From: an uncultured Hormoscilla sp.
GTDB taxonomy: Bacteria > Cyanobacteriota > Cyanobacteriia > Cyanobacteriales > Desertifilaceae
Length of the DNA stretch: 64,000 nt
Reading direction: 5' to 3'
NCBI GenBank assembly: GCA_963921275.4
Contig: OZ001293.3
Coordinates: 5,216,001-5,280,000 of the forward strand
Each line of letters opens with the position of its first letter. Within the stretch, counting starts at the first letter, position 1. Shown here one piece after another: positions 48,073 to 60,277 of this stretch. The notes under the pieces are model-generated. The model saw only the letters and a program-made list of their open reading frames with translations. It was not told where the DNA came from and did no database searches. A program made the translations under genes and the position numbers.

Positions 48073-48375
48073 TTACCTTCCTTCTACTGCTGCGTCGAAC
48101 CTTTCGATTTGCTCTGGAGTTAGGTCTAAAAGCATCCCTGCCGTCGCCTCGATCGCCATTACACCCTTGATCCTTTCTGCCAGTCCCTCTTCATCCAGAG
48201 AAATAATATTTTCTGGAGAAACCTTATCTAACAGTTTAGAAAATATTTGCATCAGATCGTCTAGTTTAAGTTTCTCTTGATAGAGAGCATTGCTTTGCAT
48301 AAACTTATCGACCAAATTCGCTATCCGAATCATTGCTGTATCTTTTGCCGCTCCAACTTGAGTTACTTGAGTCAT
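48073..48375 (-). CDS. putative antitoxin upstream of vapC
   Basis: 100-aa ORF ending 8 nt before the vapC ATG; C-terminus LLDLTPEQIERFDAAVEGR. Confidence 0.65.
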   Translation of the reverse strand: MTQVTQVGAAKDTAMIRIANLVDKFMQSNALYQEKLKLDDLMQIFSKLLDKVSPENIISLDEEGLAERIKGVMAIEATAGMLLDLTPEQIERFDAAVEGR

Positions 48376-48409
48376 ATGTCCTCCTTGTCGTCTAGTTGAC
48401 ACTAAAAAT

Positions 48410-49441
48410 AGACATCTCCAAAATATAAATTTCTGCTATAATAAGATTTGAAAATTTAATTTTGTGACGAGTATTACCTGGACATATTTGCAAGCCAAGC
48501 CTAAAGAAGCAAAACGGCTCATCGGTATCAGCTATGAAAACTTAATACAACTTATTGCAATTGCTGTTGGATAAAAATCATAAAGAAAAGGTGGAAGAAC
48601 ACAAAACTAGATTGATACGTCGAGGGGCGAAACCTAAATTATTAGTAGAAGAGCAAATAATTTTAAATTTGATGTGTCAAGGATTAACATTCCAAGTATT
48701 AGGTATACTTTTTGGGTAAAAGCTAATGATATTTTTAATTATTGGCAAGATCTTTTCCGCTTTGCCGTTTACTTGAACAAAAAAAATGGAGAAGATGAAG
48801 AATATTTATCCAAACACAGAATATGAGTTGATAGTCGATGAGCAAGCCATACCAAGACCTAAAGACTATGAAGAGCAGAAAAAGTTTTACTCAGGTAAGA
48901 AGAAATACTTTGAAAAATTAATTAATTGTTTTACCTGGTAGCGTGCAGATCTTGTCGATGTTGTATCTGGAGAAAGAGGCCCAGCAAGCGATATAAATCT
49001 TGCGAGCGTCGTTTTCGATCCAGATCAAATTTTTGCAGGGGATAAAGCCTATATTGGAGAACCTCAAATAAAAACAACCGAAAAAACAGGAATTAACAGC
49101 TAAACAAAAAGAATAAAATAGAGATTTTTCTTCCCGTTTTCGTTGAACACGCCATAAGATTGGTTTTTCCGGGTTGCCAGCGAGCGATTTCGGTTAAATA
49201 TTGATAAATATGAATCAGTAATTTCGACAAAAGTTGGGTTGGTTAGATTGCGCGAATTTTAGAAGTATTAGAATCTGTTGATAGCTCTGAAAAACTTGAG
49301 ATTAACCAGTACCACCTTTGGATCTCTTTATTAACAGGAAATCTATCAAACCCCGATTCTGCCGTTTGAGTAACATATGTGATCATGGGAGGTAGAGCTT
49401 AAAACCCAGAGCTGACAAGGGTTTTATTTTTGGAGATGTCT
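48410..49441 (+). mobile_element. IS5-family (ISL2-like) element, heavily degraded
   Basis: IRs AGACATCTCCAAAA/TTTTGGAGATGTCT; EQKKFYSGKKK and FAGDKAYIG fragments. Confidence 0.8.
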
Positions 49442-49600
49442 AATTATCTAGTCCCGTTTTTAATTATCGCCTGTAATAGGGGGGCGATCTCTTTACCCTT
49501 CCACTTGTTCTGGGCCACTTTCTTTCGGGTGTGGTCAAAACCCGTTGATCAAGCATGGGATCTCCCGATCGCCGGATTCTCCCAAACCCTCGGATCCCCC

Positions 49601-49993
49601 CTAACCCCCCTTAAAAAGGATCGTCTCTGTGGGGATGTCGATGCTAACCTGGAATATGGCTTTCCCCACCTTGATGATATCGCCAGCTTTTAAGTCATGT
49701 TCGGGAAAAGTTATCCCTGCAGCTTCTTCTGGAGTTTGATCCTTTTGGCGCTGTCCAATTTTTTCCCCATTCAGGTAAGTGCCGTTTTTGCTGCCAAAGT
49801 CCCGCACTCGGATGTTGGGAGGGTTGATGTCTAGCAAACAGTGATAGCGGGAGATGCTGCGATGCTGTTCGTCATCGGGTATTTTAATCTGGCAGTCTTG
49901 GGCCCGACCGATGATGCAGGTGGTGCGTTCTGCAAAGATATATTCGAGTCCTTGCAGGTCTCCTTCCGTGATGGTGAGAGTGATTTTTGACAT
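49601..49993 (-). pseudogene. FHA-domain N-terminus, probably of a truncated signalling protein
   Basis: IIGRAQDC...SISRYHC...DFGSKNGTYLNG; ORF stops shortly after the FHA domain, close to an IS. Confidence 0.75.
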
Positions 49994-50504
49994 ATTTATC
50001 CCTTCGCAATTCACAATTCGCCATAGGGCTACACTGGGTAAACCCCATTCGTCAATTATAACTGTAAGGATCCTGTTTATACGGCAGGAAGGGAGCTGAA
50101 AAGGGAGCATCCCAGTTTTACACTAAGTAATTGTACTTAGTGTACGCCATTAAGATAAGCACAGCGTAAGCGAAGCATTTGGTTAACTGTCCAACTGTAT
50201 TAAGTAAATGCTTCTGACTACCATTTTCTCTGCTTTCAAAGTCTTGAAGATGCTCTTGTGTCTGCATAGAGGAGTTTTGATAATTCTTTGAGATGGTATT
50301 TAAGTTTTTGATTTTCTTCTGGGGTCATGTAGCCTGCTCTACCGTGGATATTTTTTCCATATTACCAGAATAACTTTTTTCTCGCTTAGCTTGCCGCTGC
50401 GGGAGTTGTGCAACTGGTCGATGAGAGCAAAGCCTTACCCTGCAAGGACTCAGCGCCGCCATCTCCCAACGGAAGGAAATTTGCACAAATGTATAGGACA
50501 CAAA

Positions 50505-50900
50505 TCACGAGTATTTATACTCATTGCCAAAGTGGGATGCTCTCGCTGAAAATCTTGAATACTTGACTTCACCACTGGATGGGGGCAGTTCTGTTATGGC
50601 GATCGTGCCCGTATTTACATCCTCGAAATAGATCTCGTTACCCATGCGTCCCTGGACGTGGAATGGGCCATGAAAAAACTTATATTCGGGAATGTCGATC
50701 AGGAGTAGGTCACGGATAATCACTTCTGAAGCGAATATTTGCTTACAAATCTCGGGGATGATGGCCTCTAGTAATGGACTCTGGCTCCGATCGCCGTATT
50801 CTATAAACTCGGGGTGATCGGCGAAGTGGTCCATGAAAAATTTCCAGATGTTGGATAAGTCTTTTTCCTTGACAAGTATTTGCTTTAGTTCGTCGTTCAA
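50505..50900 (-). CDS. hypothetical protein
   Basis: 131-aa ORF (IWKFFMDHFADHPEF...FFHGPF). Confidence 0.65.
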   Translation of the reverse strand: MNDELKQILVKEKDLSNIWKFFMDHFADHPEFIEYGDRSQSPLLEAIIPEICKQIFASEVIIRDLLLIDIPEYKFFHGPFHVQGRMGNEIYFEDVNTGTIAITELPPSSGEVKYSRFSARASHFGNEYKYS

Positions 50901-51112
50901 TCTTCATCTTCATAGGGTTTCCGAGGGAGAGAATCTTACTGCACTACTATACTCGATATCTGCGATCGACTGACGGTCCTGGATGATGACATCCCTTATT
51001 TTGGGCGCGATCGGGCCCCACGCAGTCTGCTGGTGCGATCGCGCCCAGATGACCTACTGCTATTATACCTGACTGGAGGAAGAGCCTCACGAGCCCATTC
51101 CCTGTCAGAGAC

Positions 51113-52716
51113 CTTGTCATTATCCACATTTTTTCAAGTAATCTTTGTGGCAAGCTCTACACCTATGCACAAGTCTTGGAACCTCCGCCAGCCCCGCCGT
51201 CTGCCAGCCAGGGTTACCATCTCCAGAACGACCAATGAAACCACCTTTCGCGAGCGATACTTTTCCAAAATTCTGCGGTTGTCAAATTATCATCGGGTAA
51301 ATTGAGATGCGCTACTAACACTTTTAAGCACTTGATGGGAATCAACTTAGAAGCTGGAAGTTCTGGAGTAGTACGGCGCTCGATTACGTAATTGTAACAA
51401 CCGATCCTGATACAATTGCTAAAAATCCCAGTAATGCTAATAACCCTGATGCTGTCTCTAGCTGCCGTTTCTCTATGGCACAACCAGTCTTCATGCATTT
51501 GTGATATTCGCACAATTTTCCAACTATACCAGTCTAATTGTTGTAAAGCATCCTCCGCATCTTGCACCTTCACAGTTGTAAATAAAATCCATTCTAATCC
51601 ATCATCAACTCCCGCTTCCCAACAACGAATGCACCATCCTGAGATGGTTTCTTCTTTTGAATAAGGACTGTTTAATGGTGGGTGAATGGTCAGCCCAAGC
51701 CACTTCCAACTTGACTGTACGTTGGGGTTCTCCATTACGACCACGTAACACCATCGTTTTATAAGTCATGCTCTCCAGAGTGCGAGCATAGGTTTTAAGG
51801 TTACTTTTAGTCCCCGAGGCCGTTGTCATCACTCGATGAAGACAAATTCTCACCAAGCCATGCCACCCTAAAGCTTGTGAAGGTTTAATGTCATCGAATA
51901 CATCACTCTCTATATCTCCAACACTCACCCATAACGACCCTGTTGTTAATAATGGAGTCCTACCTATTGACTCCACCATTTCCGCCCATTTGTCTCCTTC
52001 TGTACGAACATTTCCTTTTTTCGTTGGCGATAGGTTTTTTTCTCTTTTTTTGGCTCTAGACACATCCAAGTCTCCTGACCTGCTAGACCTAATATTTCTG
52101 GGTTGTCTGGTTTTGGGATAACTGCTAGACTACTATATACCATTATTCCTCTACCTTTACCATTTCCAATATATCCTATACCTTTTATGTCTTGACGCTG
52201 ACTATAATCTAATTCCGTAGTATCTTGCAGAAACAACACTACTGATGAATCACTTTCTCTAGCCCTCTCAATGGTCTTTTCCCAATGAGGTTTACTTAAC
52301 ATGAGTTACAAATGAGGTTTACTTAACATGAGTCACATCAGAAGAATTTAACAATCGATAAGCTGCTATAGCTTGACTCCATTGAGTCATTTGTTCAGGC
52401 CTACTGGCTGTTGGATTAGCTGCCATTGCCGCTCCCACTTTAATAGCTCTTTGTGTGCGACGGCTATCTCCCAAATCACAGGTTGACCATTGGGAAGTGG
52501 CCTATTTATTAATGTCTATTAACTCCTGCTGATTCATCATGTGTGATTTTTACTACAATTATTGCCTTGGGTGTGAGGAGACCGGTATACTACCGCAGTA
52601 TAACGGGGAAGTGAATCACCTATCACTGGCAGTATCAAGTTCCAGGCGATGTCCCACGTATGTGGGTGAAAACTACCCTATTTCCAGCTTAACACAAAAT
52701 GTGGGTAATGACAATG
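51113..52716 (-). mobile_element. IS4-family (IS50-like) transposase pseudogene
   Basis: IR-like ends TTGTCATTATCCACATTT/AAATGTGGGTAATGACAA; LGDSRRTQR, LQDTTELDY and LEWILFTT fragments. Confidence 0.85.
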
Positions 52717-52737
52717 CCAGAGACTGGGAACGAGGGA

Positions 52738-53663
52738 GTGCGATTCGTTCCGGCATAAGCCAGTAGGTGAAAGTCGGGTCTGGCTCTATCAGCCAGATAA
52801 CTCTGGTTATCATGGGGGTTAAATTCCCTTTCCCCAGGTACGGGGGTCGAGGGTACTACCGGTCGGAGGTGCTACGGAGCCACATCGCCGTGGTGCCTCC
52901 CGAGGACTTAAATGTAGGATAACTGGCAGCCTAAGCCGGTGACGCCGCTAGGAAAGATGCTAATGGTTAAACAAGCGAACCTATGTAAACCTCGTTAACC
53001 AGAACCAGCGGAAGAAGGCTTATGCGCTTGCCCAAAAAGGGAAATGGTAGTTAGTATTAGCTCTTGCCTCTGGCTAATAACGTACTCAAAGAACTCCCGG
53101 GGTATAGTAGGAACCTAAAAGCATCGTGAAATGATACTAAGGGAACGAAGTAACCTCTCGTGAGCTGTCCCCATTTGGACAAGTTAGATGTAAAGCGCAA
53201 GCCACGAAGAAGAAGGATGTCCTAAGAAGCTAACGCCCAGGGTAATGCCTGTGGATATGCAGACGTAGGACGGATATGGTAAGACACCCTTGGGAAAAGT
53301 AACCTTAATGTCACAGAACTAGGGAGAAATTCCGAAAGTACGAATTTTGGATTCAAATCTTAGCCAGGTAAAGTTCAGAGCCCTTACGAAAAGCGGAAAG
53401 CAGAATGGGGAAGATGTTAGTAAAGAGCGGCGAGTATGGTTTGCTGAACTATCCTCCGCGAACCTTCCGCAGCTCAGTACTTAAACGGTCCAATAGGATT
53501 GACCATAAGGGGTAAAATTTCAAAGGGTAAGGGACAACGGGGGTAACCCCCAGTAATCCTACTGATGACAACAGCTTACCAACCAGTAGCCGTGTGCGGT
53601 TCCAGTCGCTCTTCAGGTTTCGCTCTTGGAGGGTTGGGGAGTGATTCCCAGCTCGACCCCGAC
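52738..53663 (+). ncRNA. ORF-less group II intron (926 nt), D5 damaged
   Basis: GTGCGATTCGTTCC ... CTCGACCCCGAC. Confidence 0.9.
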
Positions 53664-53699
53664 CAAATCATGCTCCCTTGATAGGGAACATGATTTTTG

Positions 53700-53960
53700 A
53701 TAATCACGACTGCACTTTGCTAATTTTTGCCGATATTCTAGCCATTACTTCCTTATGAGGGATTAATTCTCCCCGGTCCGCTGCTTCAATTCCTTTCTTG
53801 ATTTCTGCGATTTGCCATGCTTCCTCTTCTAAAAACTGTCCGATCGCTTGATTGACCAGACAATCGATCTACAGATTCATTTGCTTGGCCAAGCCAAATT
53901 ATCTAGCTTTTTTTGTTTTTTCAAGTATATTCTGATCGTAAATTATGCTGAATTGCCCAT
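53700..53960 (-). pseudogene. RHH/CopG-type antitoxin remnant
   Basis: LVNQAIGQFLEEEAWQIAEIKKGIEAADRGELIPHKEV; N-terminus disrupted. Confidence 0.6.
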
Positions 53961-54177
53961 GAAATTTATCCCCTGTGCCTATTGAAAATTATCCTATCTC
54001 TCGTTGCCTGACTCTGGCAGACAACGCAATGCCAGAGGCTCTGCCTCTAGTTTTTTCCTGACTGAATATGTTATTATCAGAAAATATTCCATTCTTGTCA
54101 AAGCCCAAATCATTGGTACATTAATCTTTATCCTAGACTAGAGGCAGAACTCTCAACTCTCGGGTGCAACGATAATG

Positions 54178-54321
54178 GGGTGCATCTCACTTTTGACATT
54201 CGTAGGTTGAGTTGACGCCCTTGAAACCCAACAAGTCCAACGCCAACAACATATCTTTGTTGGGTTTCGTGCCTCAACCCAACCTACGACATTAAGATTT
54301 TTGCTTCTATGAGATGCACCC
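54178..54321. mobile_element. 144-bp MITE
   Basis: IRs GGGTGCATCTCA/TGAGATGCACCC with 8-bp TSD CGATAATG. Confidence 0.85.
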
Positions 54322-54390
54322 CGATAATGCATTTAATCTAGCCTGCGCAGGCGGGCTTTGTTTGTGTAGCCGGGCCCTTTAGGGTTCGGG

Positions 54391-54434
54391 CTGTGTCCCT
54401 CGGGTAGTGCGACTAGCGCTCCCGGGGGACACAG
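54391..54434 (+). repeat. 44-bp mini-hairpin element
   Basis: CTGTGTCCCTCGGGTAGTGCGACTAGCGCTCCCGGGGGACACAG. Confidence 0.85.
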
Positions 54435-54539
54435 AAGGCTAAGCAAATATGAGATGCGCCCTAACTCTCTGGCATAATTTCAATGCACCCAAACGGCCAA
54501 AGGATGAGGCGGGTTTTCAACTTGCGCCTACTCAACCGC

Positions 54540-55260
54540 CCCACCCAGTTGATTTTCGGACGGAGTTTTCCCCATCGCTGGAACAGGTCTGGGTGGTGAT
54601 AAACATGTAGTGATGCACCATCTATCCCGACAAACATTCATTGTAATGATGAACAAAGTACCAAATAGCTTTTTTTTCTTTTGTTGCTCAGATAAATTGA
54701 CGACCGGAAACCATTTTTCTATGAGTTTCAGGTAGGACACCAAATAATCCTATTCATATCCGAGGGGTTGGTTGGCCTGTTCTTCATTCATAAGTAATCC
54801 TTATCATTCGTGCTCGCTAACCACCTATATAGCCTAACCTGTCAAAAAAACCTGAGTAAAAATACTCAGGTGCTCGACTTTTGCAAGAGGTCTAATAGAC
54901 AACTCCTAACACAAATAGCTTTAACCAGTCTCCTCCCGCTTCTGTCTCCCACCAGGAGGATTCTGGATGCTGATCTCGACGCGCAATCGCTTGTTGATGG
55001 CGTCCGACGCTACTTTTTGGTAGATCGGTTGCTTCGGCAATCGCAAGAGATGCTTTTGATACCCTCTTTCTGAAGACATTTGGCGACGGCGGAACACCGT
55101 TGTCGTATAGTAAGACTCATCGTTCCCGATTCGCAGATTTACAAGGGATACAATACCAATCCCTGTGACCTATCGCAGGGATTTTTTTGAGAGTGTTTTT
55201 TTATACACGTCATCGCCGAATTTTTTGTCCCGCTTTACGCTGATAGCCCTTTTTTCTACC
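54540..55260 (-). pseudogene. DUF6399-like degraded ORF (second copy)
   Basis: SSVGRHQQAIARRDQHPESSWWETEAGGDWLKLFVLGV. Confidence 0.55.
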
Positions 55261-55634
55261 CATGACTTTCAGTTTTTTTGTCCCGCTTTACGCTGATACC
55301 TCGCCGTTTCATCAACCATTATAAAAAAGGACAGCGTGCCATATAGCTTGCCCTATCTACGTTCTAACCCGCGTTGTCCCCCTATCAGATTTCCTCTACG
55401 AGATCTAGAATGCCCATAATTGATTTCTACTGGTTGAGTCTCCATAACTCTACCAGTATATAACATTCCTGTGGCCAAGCCTGCGGGAGTGTTTTTTTGT
55501 CCCACCTCTGTTCCCTTGTTCGTATTTCTAATGGCATACATCGAAAGAACTTCCCACTGGACAGTATTTATGTATCTTTATTATATACCATGTGAGCTTT
55601 TTTACACCCTTTTCTACTTTTAAAACAGCCTCTA

Positions 55635-56400
55635 AGGTTTAAATGCATATGTTCCTTATGCATGGCAAGAACAGGTCGAAGTTGTCGAGATGAAAAGTAA
55701 AAAAAGTAGACGATTAAATGTCTGAGTATTTTTGAACCGCAAGAATGAAATAGAGCCTTACTTATTTGAGTGCCGGCTCAATAGTGAGGTGGTCATATCA
55801 TGTATAGATGATTTTTGCTCGAAATTAGAGAAAAAAACAGTGTTGGTGATGGATAATGCTTCTACCCATACGAGTAATGCAGTAAAGAATAAACAAGAAG
55901 AATGGGAAAAAAAACTTTGACAATATTTTCCTTGCCCACCTATTCTACGGAATTAAATATCATTTAAATTTTGTGGCTATTTCTTAAATATGAGTGGTTA
56001 AATATTGATGCCTATGAGATTTGGAAAAGTTTAGTTAAAGCGGTGGAAGATGTGCTTTGAGGCGTTGAAAAAAATCTAAAATTAATTTTGCCTAACTACT
56101 TAAGTCTGAGACGTTGGTCCGTCTGGTGGCAAAACGAGAGAATTTGGATTTGGCTTTAGGCGAGAAGGAAAACTCTGGCATTCTCAAATCGATGGCCATC
56201 CGCATGGAGTTTCTCAGGGATCCGCAACGACGGATCCGCTTTATCTATCTCCCCAAACATACCTCTTGGCTCAATCAGATAGAATGCTGGTTCTCGATTC
56301 TGGTCAGACGGCTGCTGAAACGGGGCAATTTCACCTCGACTATGATCTCCAACAGCAAATAGAGGCATTCTGAGAATATTTCAATCGACGCTGGGCCAAA
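55635..56400 (+). mobile_element. two adjacent IS630-family 3' fragments
   Basis: VLVMDNASTH with right end like 30402-31580; [16 protein letters not shown]. Confidence 0.75.
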
Positions 56401-56470
56401 CCATTCAACTGGAAGTTCCAGGGCTTTAAAGAAGCTTGTAATACTGGGTAGTTATTTCTGCCCGGAGGCA

Positions 56471-58073
56471 CTAGTAGACCACGCCGCAAATAACTCCGAT
56501 AACTTAGATGAGCAACGGCTTACCGATATAAGTCCAACGAAACGGTTTGGCCAAGGTATCATTAAAGAACTCAATGAATGCGAGAATACGAATGCGTGAG
56601 TTCTTCTACCGACGTGAAGTTGCCGCGTTTGAGCAAACGACGGGTTCTTATGCCAAACCAAATTTCCACCTGGTTGAGCCATGAGCAATGTTTGGGGGTA
56701 TACACAAAGTGGATGCGGTGGCTTGGATTTTGTAAAAAATCTGCACGAGAAGCCATGCTTTGGAGAATGCTGGACTTCCCTTTCAAACCTAATTTATCTT
56801 CAAGACCGCACAACTGGGCAACAAGCTTAACCAGGCTTTCGGATTTGTGGGTATTCAATTGGTTGCAAATAAATACCCATTGGCCCGAGGGGTCGGTTTC
56901 CACAGTAGCCTGGATGTGCGCTGCAAAATCTTCTTCGGTGCCTGTAGGTCCGATAGACGGACAGATAACCTTGCCAGTCGCTATCTCAAAATTGGCTATC
57001 AACCCTTGCGTGCCGTGCCGTTTGTATTCAAATTCGACTGCCTCAGGTTTGCCCGGTCTCATCGGACTGGTCGGATAAAGGTGCTCCAAGACCTGAATCC
57101 CCATCTTTTCATCCGTGCTGACCACATGCACACCTCTATTGTGCAACAACTCCGCTTGATGATAGAGCTTGCAGACCTGTCTAACTTCTTGCCGAAAAGC
57201 TGCTTCGTCTTCGACTTCATGATTCAACCAATATTTGCTGCGGTGTGGCTTGAGAGCGGCCTGATTTTAAAAAACGACCGACCGTTGTCGGTGAAATCTC
57301 CTCTACTATACCCCGTTTGACAGCTTCATTGACTAACCCCTTGCGCGTCCAATGACTCAGATAAGACGGTGGTGTTTCACAAGCTAAAGCAATGACTTGG
57401 CACACATGTTCTGCGCTGAATAGACCAGGGCTTTCGGGGCGCGGTTTGTCCGCCAAGAGCTTACCAATCCCTATTCGCAATTCGGCGTTGCACAACGACG
57501 GGATGATAAGGGTTGAAAATTGTTAATTGTCAATGGTCAATTGAAATAGTTATAGATGTTCATCAATAGACAAATAAACAATTTTTCAATTTTCAACTAT
57601 TGACTGCTATCATCCCAAAAATGTGCAACGCCCGCAATTCTTTAGACTTGCCCACTAATTTTTCCAATTCATGGGCACCCTCTATCCACCTCTTCCGCCA
57701 AAGACCTACGGTATCTTCGCATAAACCCAAGTCTTGGCTAATCGTTTTGTTATTATAGCCGGCGGCGGCTTTCAGGATAATCTGCGTCCTTAGCACCAAG
57801 CTGTGGGGCGTTTCGCGACTACGGGCAATCCGAAGCAGCAGTTCCTTTTGTTCAGGCATGAGGTTGAGAGGTTTCGTCGGTCGGGCCATGTTCTTGAGCG
57901 CTCAGTTTTTTGTAACATAGCTGCGATTATAACAAACTAGCCATCATTTGTGCTAGAATGGCACTCAGCTGCACCGCTGAAATCATTGTCCTGCAAGGGT
58001 TTCCGCCAAGCCGAATTTTCGAGGTGCCTCTGTCAACTATATTATCCGATATATTTGCAGCGTGGTGTACTAG
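56471..58073 (-). mobile_element. IS630-family element (MARPTKPLNLM type) interrupted by a MITE
   Basis: IRs CTAGTA.ACCACGC.GCAAATA; STDEK and YTPKHCSWLNQVEIWF motifs. Confidence 0.9.
57484..57632. mobile_element. 149-bp MITE
   Basis: IRs GGCGTTGCAC/GTGCAACGCC with 8-bp TSD CGCAATTC. Confidence 0.9.
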
Positions 58074-58155
58074 AAATAAGGGTTTGAGTAACTGTCGAAC
58101 TCAAGTCAATACTGCCTAAGTATTTTTACCTACTGCACAACGGGGATGCTCCCGA

Positions 58156-59376
58156 TCAATCTCCTCCATCCAACAGTTCCAAAACTGCCTTCGGTGACAA
58201 CTTATCCTTAAACCAAACAATCCTAGCGGGCGTCTTCCTAATATTAACACCCGCTTTTTCCAGATTCAAGCGTTCGGAAACTGCTAGAATCAAATTATCG
58301 CATTCCGCCTTGCGCACCTGAGCAAACTTCTTCTGCAAATATTCCGGACGCCAATAACCGACAATTTCCAGCAAAAACACCCGTCCATCGGGATGTACCA
58401 AACGAAAGTCCGGAACCATAACGCTGCCCGGAATAGGAATTAAATCAACTTCCCTCTCTAAAACCCACTCCGTTTTCAGTTTTTCCCAGCGGTTAGCAAA
58501 AGAAGCCTCTAACATACTATCATAAGGCTTACCCGGAGGATAGTGACTGACTAAACCACAATCAGAATCGAGACTGAAACGACCCGTTTTCGGTTCACCA
58601 GTGTAAAAATCTCGCGTTTGCAGGGTAGCATGCATGCTCCATCTAGTAACATGAAGTAAAGCAGGGAGAAGTTTAGCTAGGGCCAACCCATATCTAGTGC
58701 TAACCTTCAATAAACTCGTCGGACCATCAACAGTAATCGTAAACCCGTGGTCAGCATCGCCTTCAATATAGGCCATCAACTGAAATAGCTTCAGATAGCG
58801 AAATAAAAGTTTATATTCTCCAGGAACATTGCGGTGAGCATTCAGAATAATCTGAGTAGCGCGGTAGAAAATCCCTTGCACTTGGGCAAGATTATAGCGA
58901 TGCAGCAAAGCTTCCGGTTCCGGCGCGTCGAACTGAGTCAAAATCCGATTCTCTGGCAAGTCCGCATACAACCCCTCCCGGATATGGACGGATAGCACTT
59001 CCCGGTTTAACTCGCCAGAGAGAGTATCTGCTAGCATTGCTAAAGTTTTTTCCGTTGCTTGGGGACTGGGAACAACGGTGGCAGCTTGCGCAAACACCCG
59101 CTGTCGCAACATTGGCGGTTCTAGGGGACTAACGATCTCAAAGGTGGAGAAAGCACTTTTGAGGATATGGGCAAGTCCCCGCCTTACTCTAAAATCAGGA
59201 CTGTCCCCTTCCAATTCCTGTAGGCGCCTGTCCAGTTCCCCCATGCAGTTGCCAGTCAGGGATTGAAAGCAGTTAATCAATTCAGTCGCCAGGCCCAAAT
59301 TGCTATTAATGGCCAGTCCCTTGGGGATGATCGTCTCCCCATTGTGCCGGTGACTCAGGAGATCGCTGGGTAACAT
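58156..59376 (-). CDS. DUF790 family protein (putative nuclease)
   Basis: MLPSDLL, LYADL, RYNLAQVQG, YDSMLEASFA and PDFRLVHPDG..LLEIVGYWRPEYL motifs. Confidence 0.9.
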   Translation of the reverse strand: MLPSDLLSHRHNGETIIPKGLAINSNLGLATELINCFQSLTGNCMGELDRRLQELEGDSPDFRVRRGLAHILKSAFSTFEIVSPLEPPMLRQRVFAQAATVVPSPQATEKTLAMLADTLSGELNREVLSVHIREGLYADLPENRILTQFDAPEPEALLHRYNLAQVQGIFYRATQIILNAHRNVPGEYKLLFRYLKLFQLMAYIEGDADHGFTITVDGPTSLLKVSTRYGLALAKLLPALLHVTRWSMHATLQTRDFYTGEPKTGRFSLDSDCGLVSHYPPGKPYDSMLEASFANRWEKLKTEWVLEREVDLIPIPGSVMVPDFRLVHPDGRVFLLEIVGYWRPEYLQKKFAQVRKAECDNLILAVSERLNLEKAGVNIRKTPARIVWFKDKLSPKAVLELLDGGD

Positions 59377-59698
59377 AAGTAGTTCTCTGTTTGGTGAAAA
59401 CCTCGTTCCCTGCCGGAGTCAGGGAACGGGCCTCTTAAGGCAGAGCCTAGTACACCACACCGTAAATAGATTGGATAATCTAGCTAGCCGTGGTCTCTCT
59501 CACGTCAGGATTGGTCTAAACCCTTGCAGGGCAATAATTTCAGCGGTGCTGTCTACAGCAAATTTAGCACAAATGTTGGCTAAGCTGTCGCGCATCTAAA
59601 CTGCATATTTGGGCTGTCGATCAAATCGTGGCAACCGGAGACCCCTAAGCATTTCAGCCACTCAGCCTGCCCCATTTTCGACTATGCAATTTAAATGC

Positions 59699-59812
59699 GG
59701 CGTTGCACTTCGGACGGGATGATGGGTCTCTTTGCATAAGTCTTAAACATAGACTATAAGCCACTTTCAGTTATGTGCAAACAATGGCATCATCCCCAAA
59801 ATGTGCAACGCC
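59699..59812. mobile_element. 114-bp MITE
   Basis: IRs GGCGTTGCAC/GTGCAACGCC; TSD TTAAATGC/TTAAATGT. Confidence 0.85.
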
Positions 59813-60277
59813 TTAAATGTATCACAGCTTAGTGTGTTATAATTACAGCTAAGTTACAAAAACACCGCTCGCTCAAGAACATGGCTCGACCAACGAAACC
59901 ACTCAACCTCATGAGAGAACAAAAGAAACTGCTCGAAGGGATTGCCCGCAGTCGCCAAACACCGCACAGCTTGGTGCTACGGACACAGATTGTCCTCAAA
60001 GCCGCCGCCGGCGATAATAACAAAACGATTAGCCAAGACTTAGGCTTGTGCGAAGATACTGTCGGTCTTTGGCGGAAGAGGTGGATAGAGGGTGCCCATG
60101 AGTTAGAACAGTTCGCGGGTAAGCCCAAAGAATTGCGGATTCTAATTGGCAAGCTAAAGGCAGACAAACCGCGCCCTGGAAGTCCCGACATATTCAGCGC
60201 CGAGCAAGTGTGCCAAATCATTGCTTTGGCTTGTGAAACGCCGCCAGAATACCTAAGTCATTGGACGCGAAAAGAGT

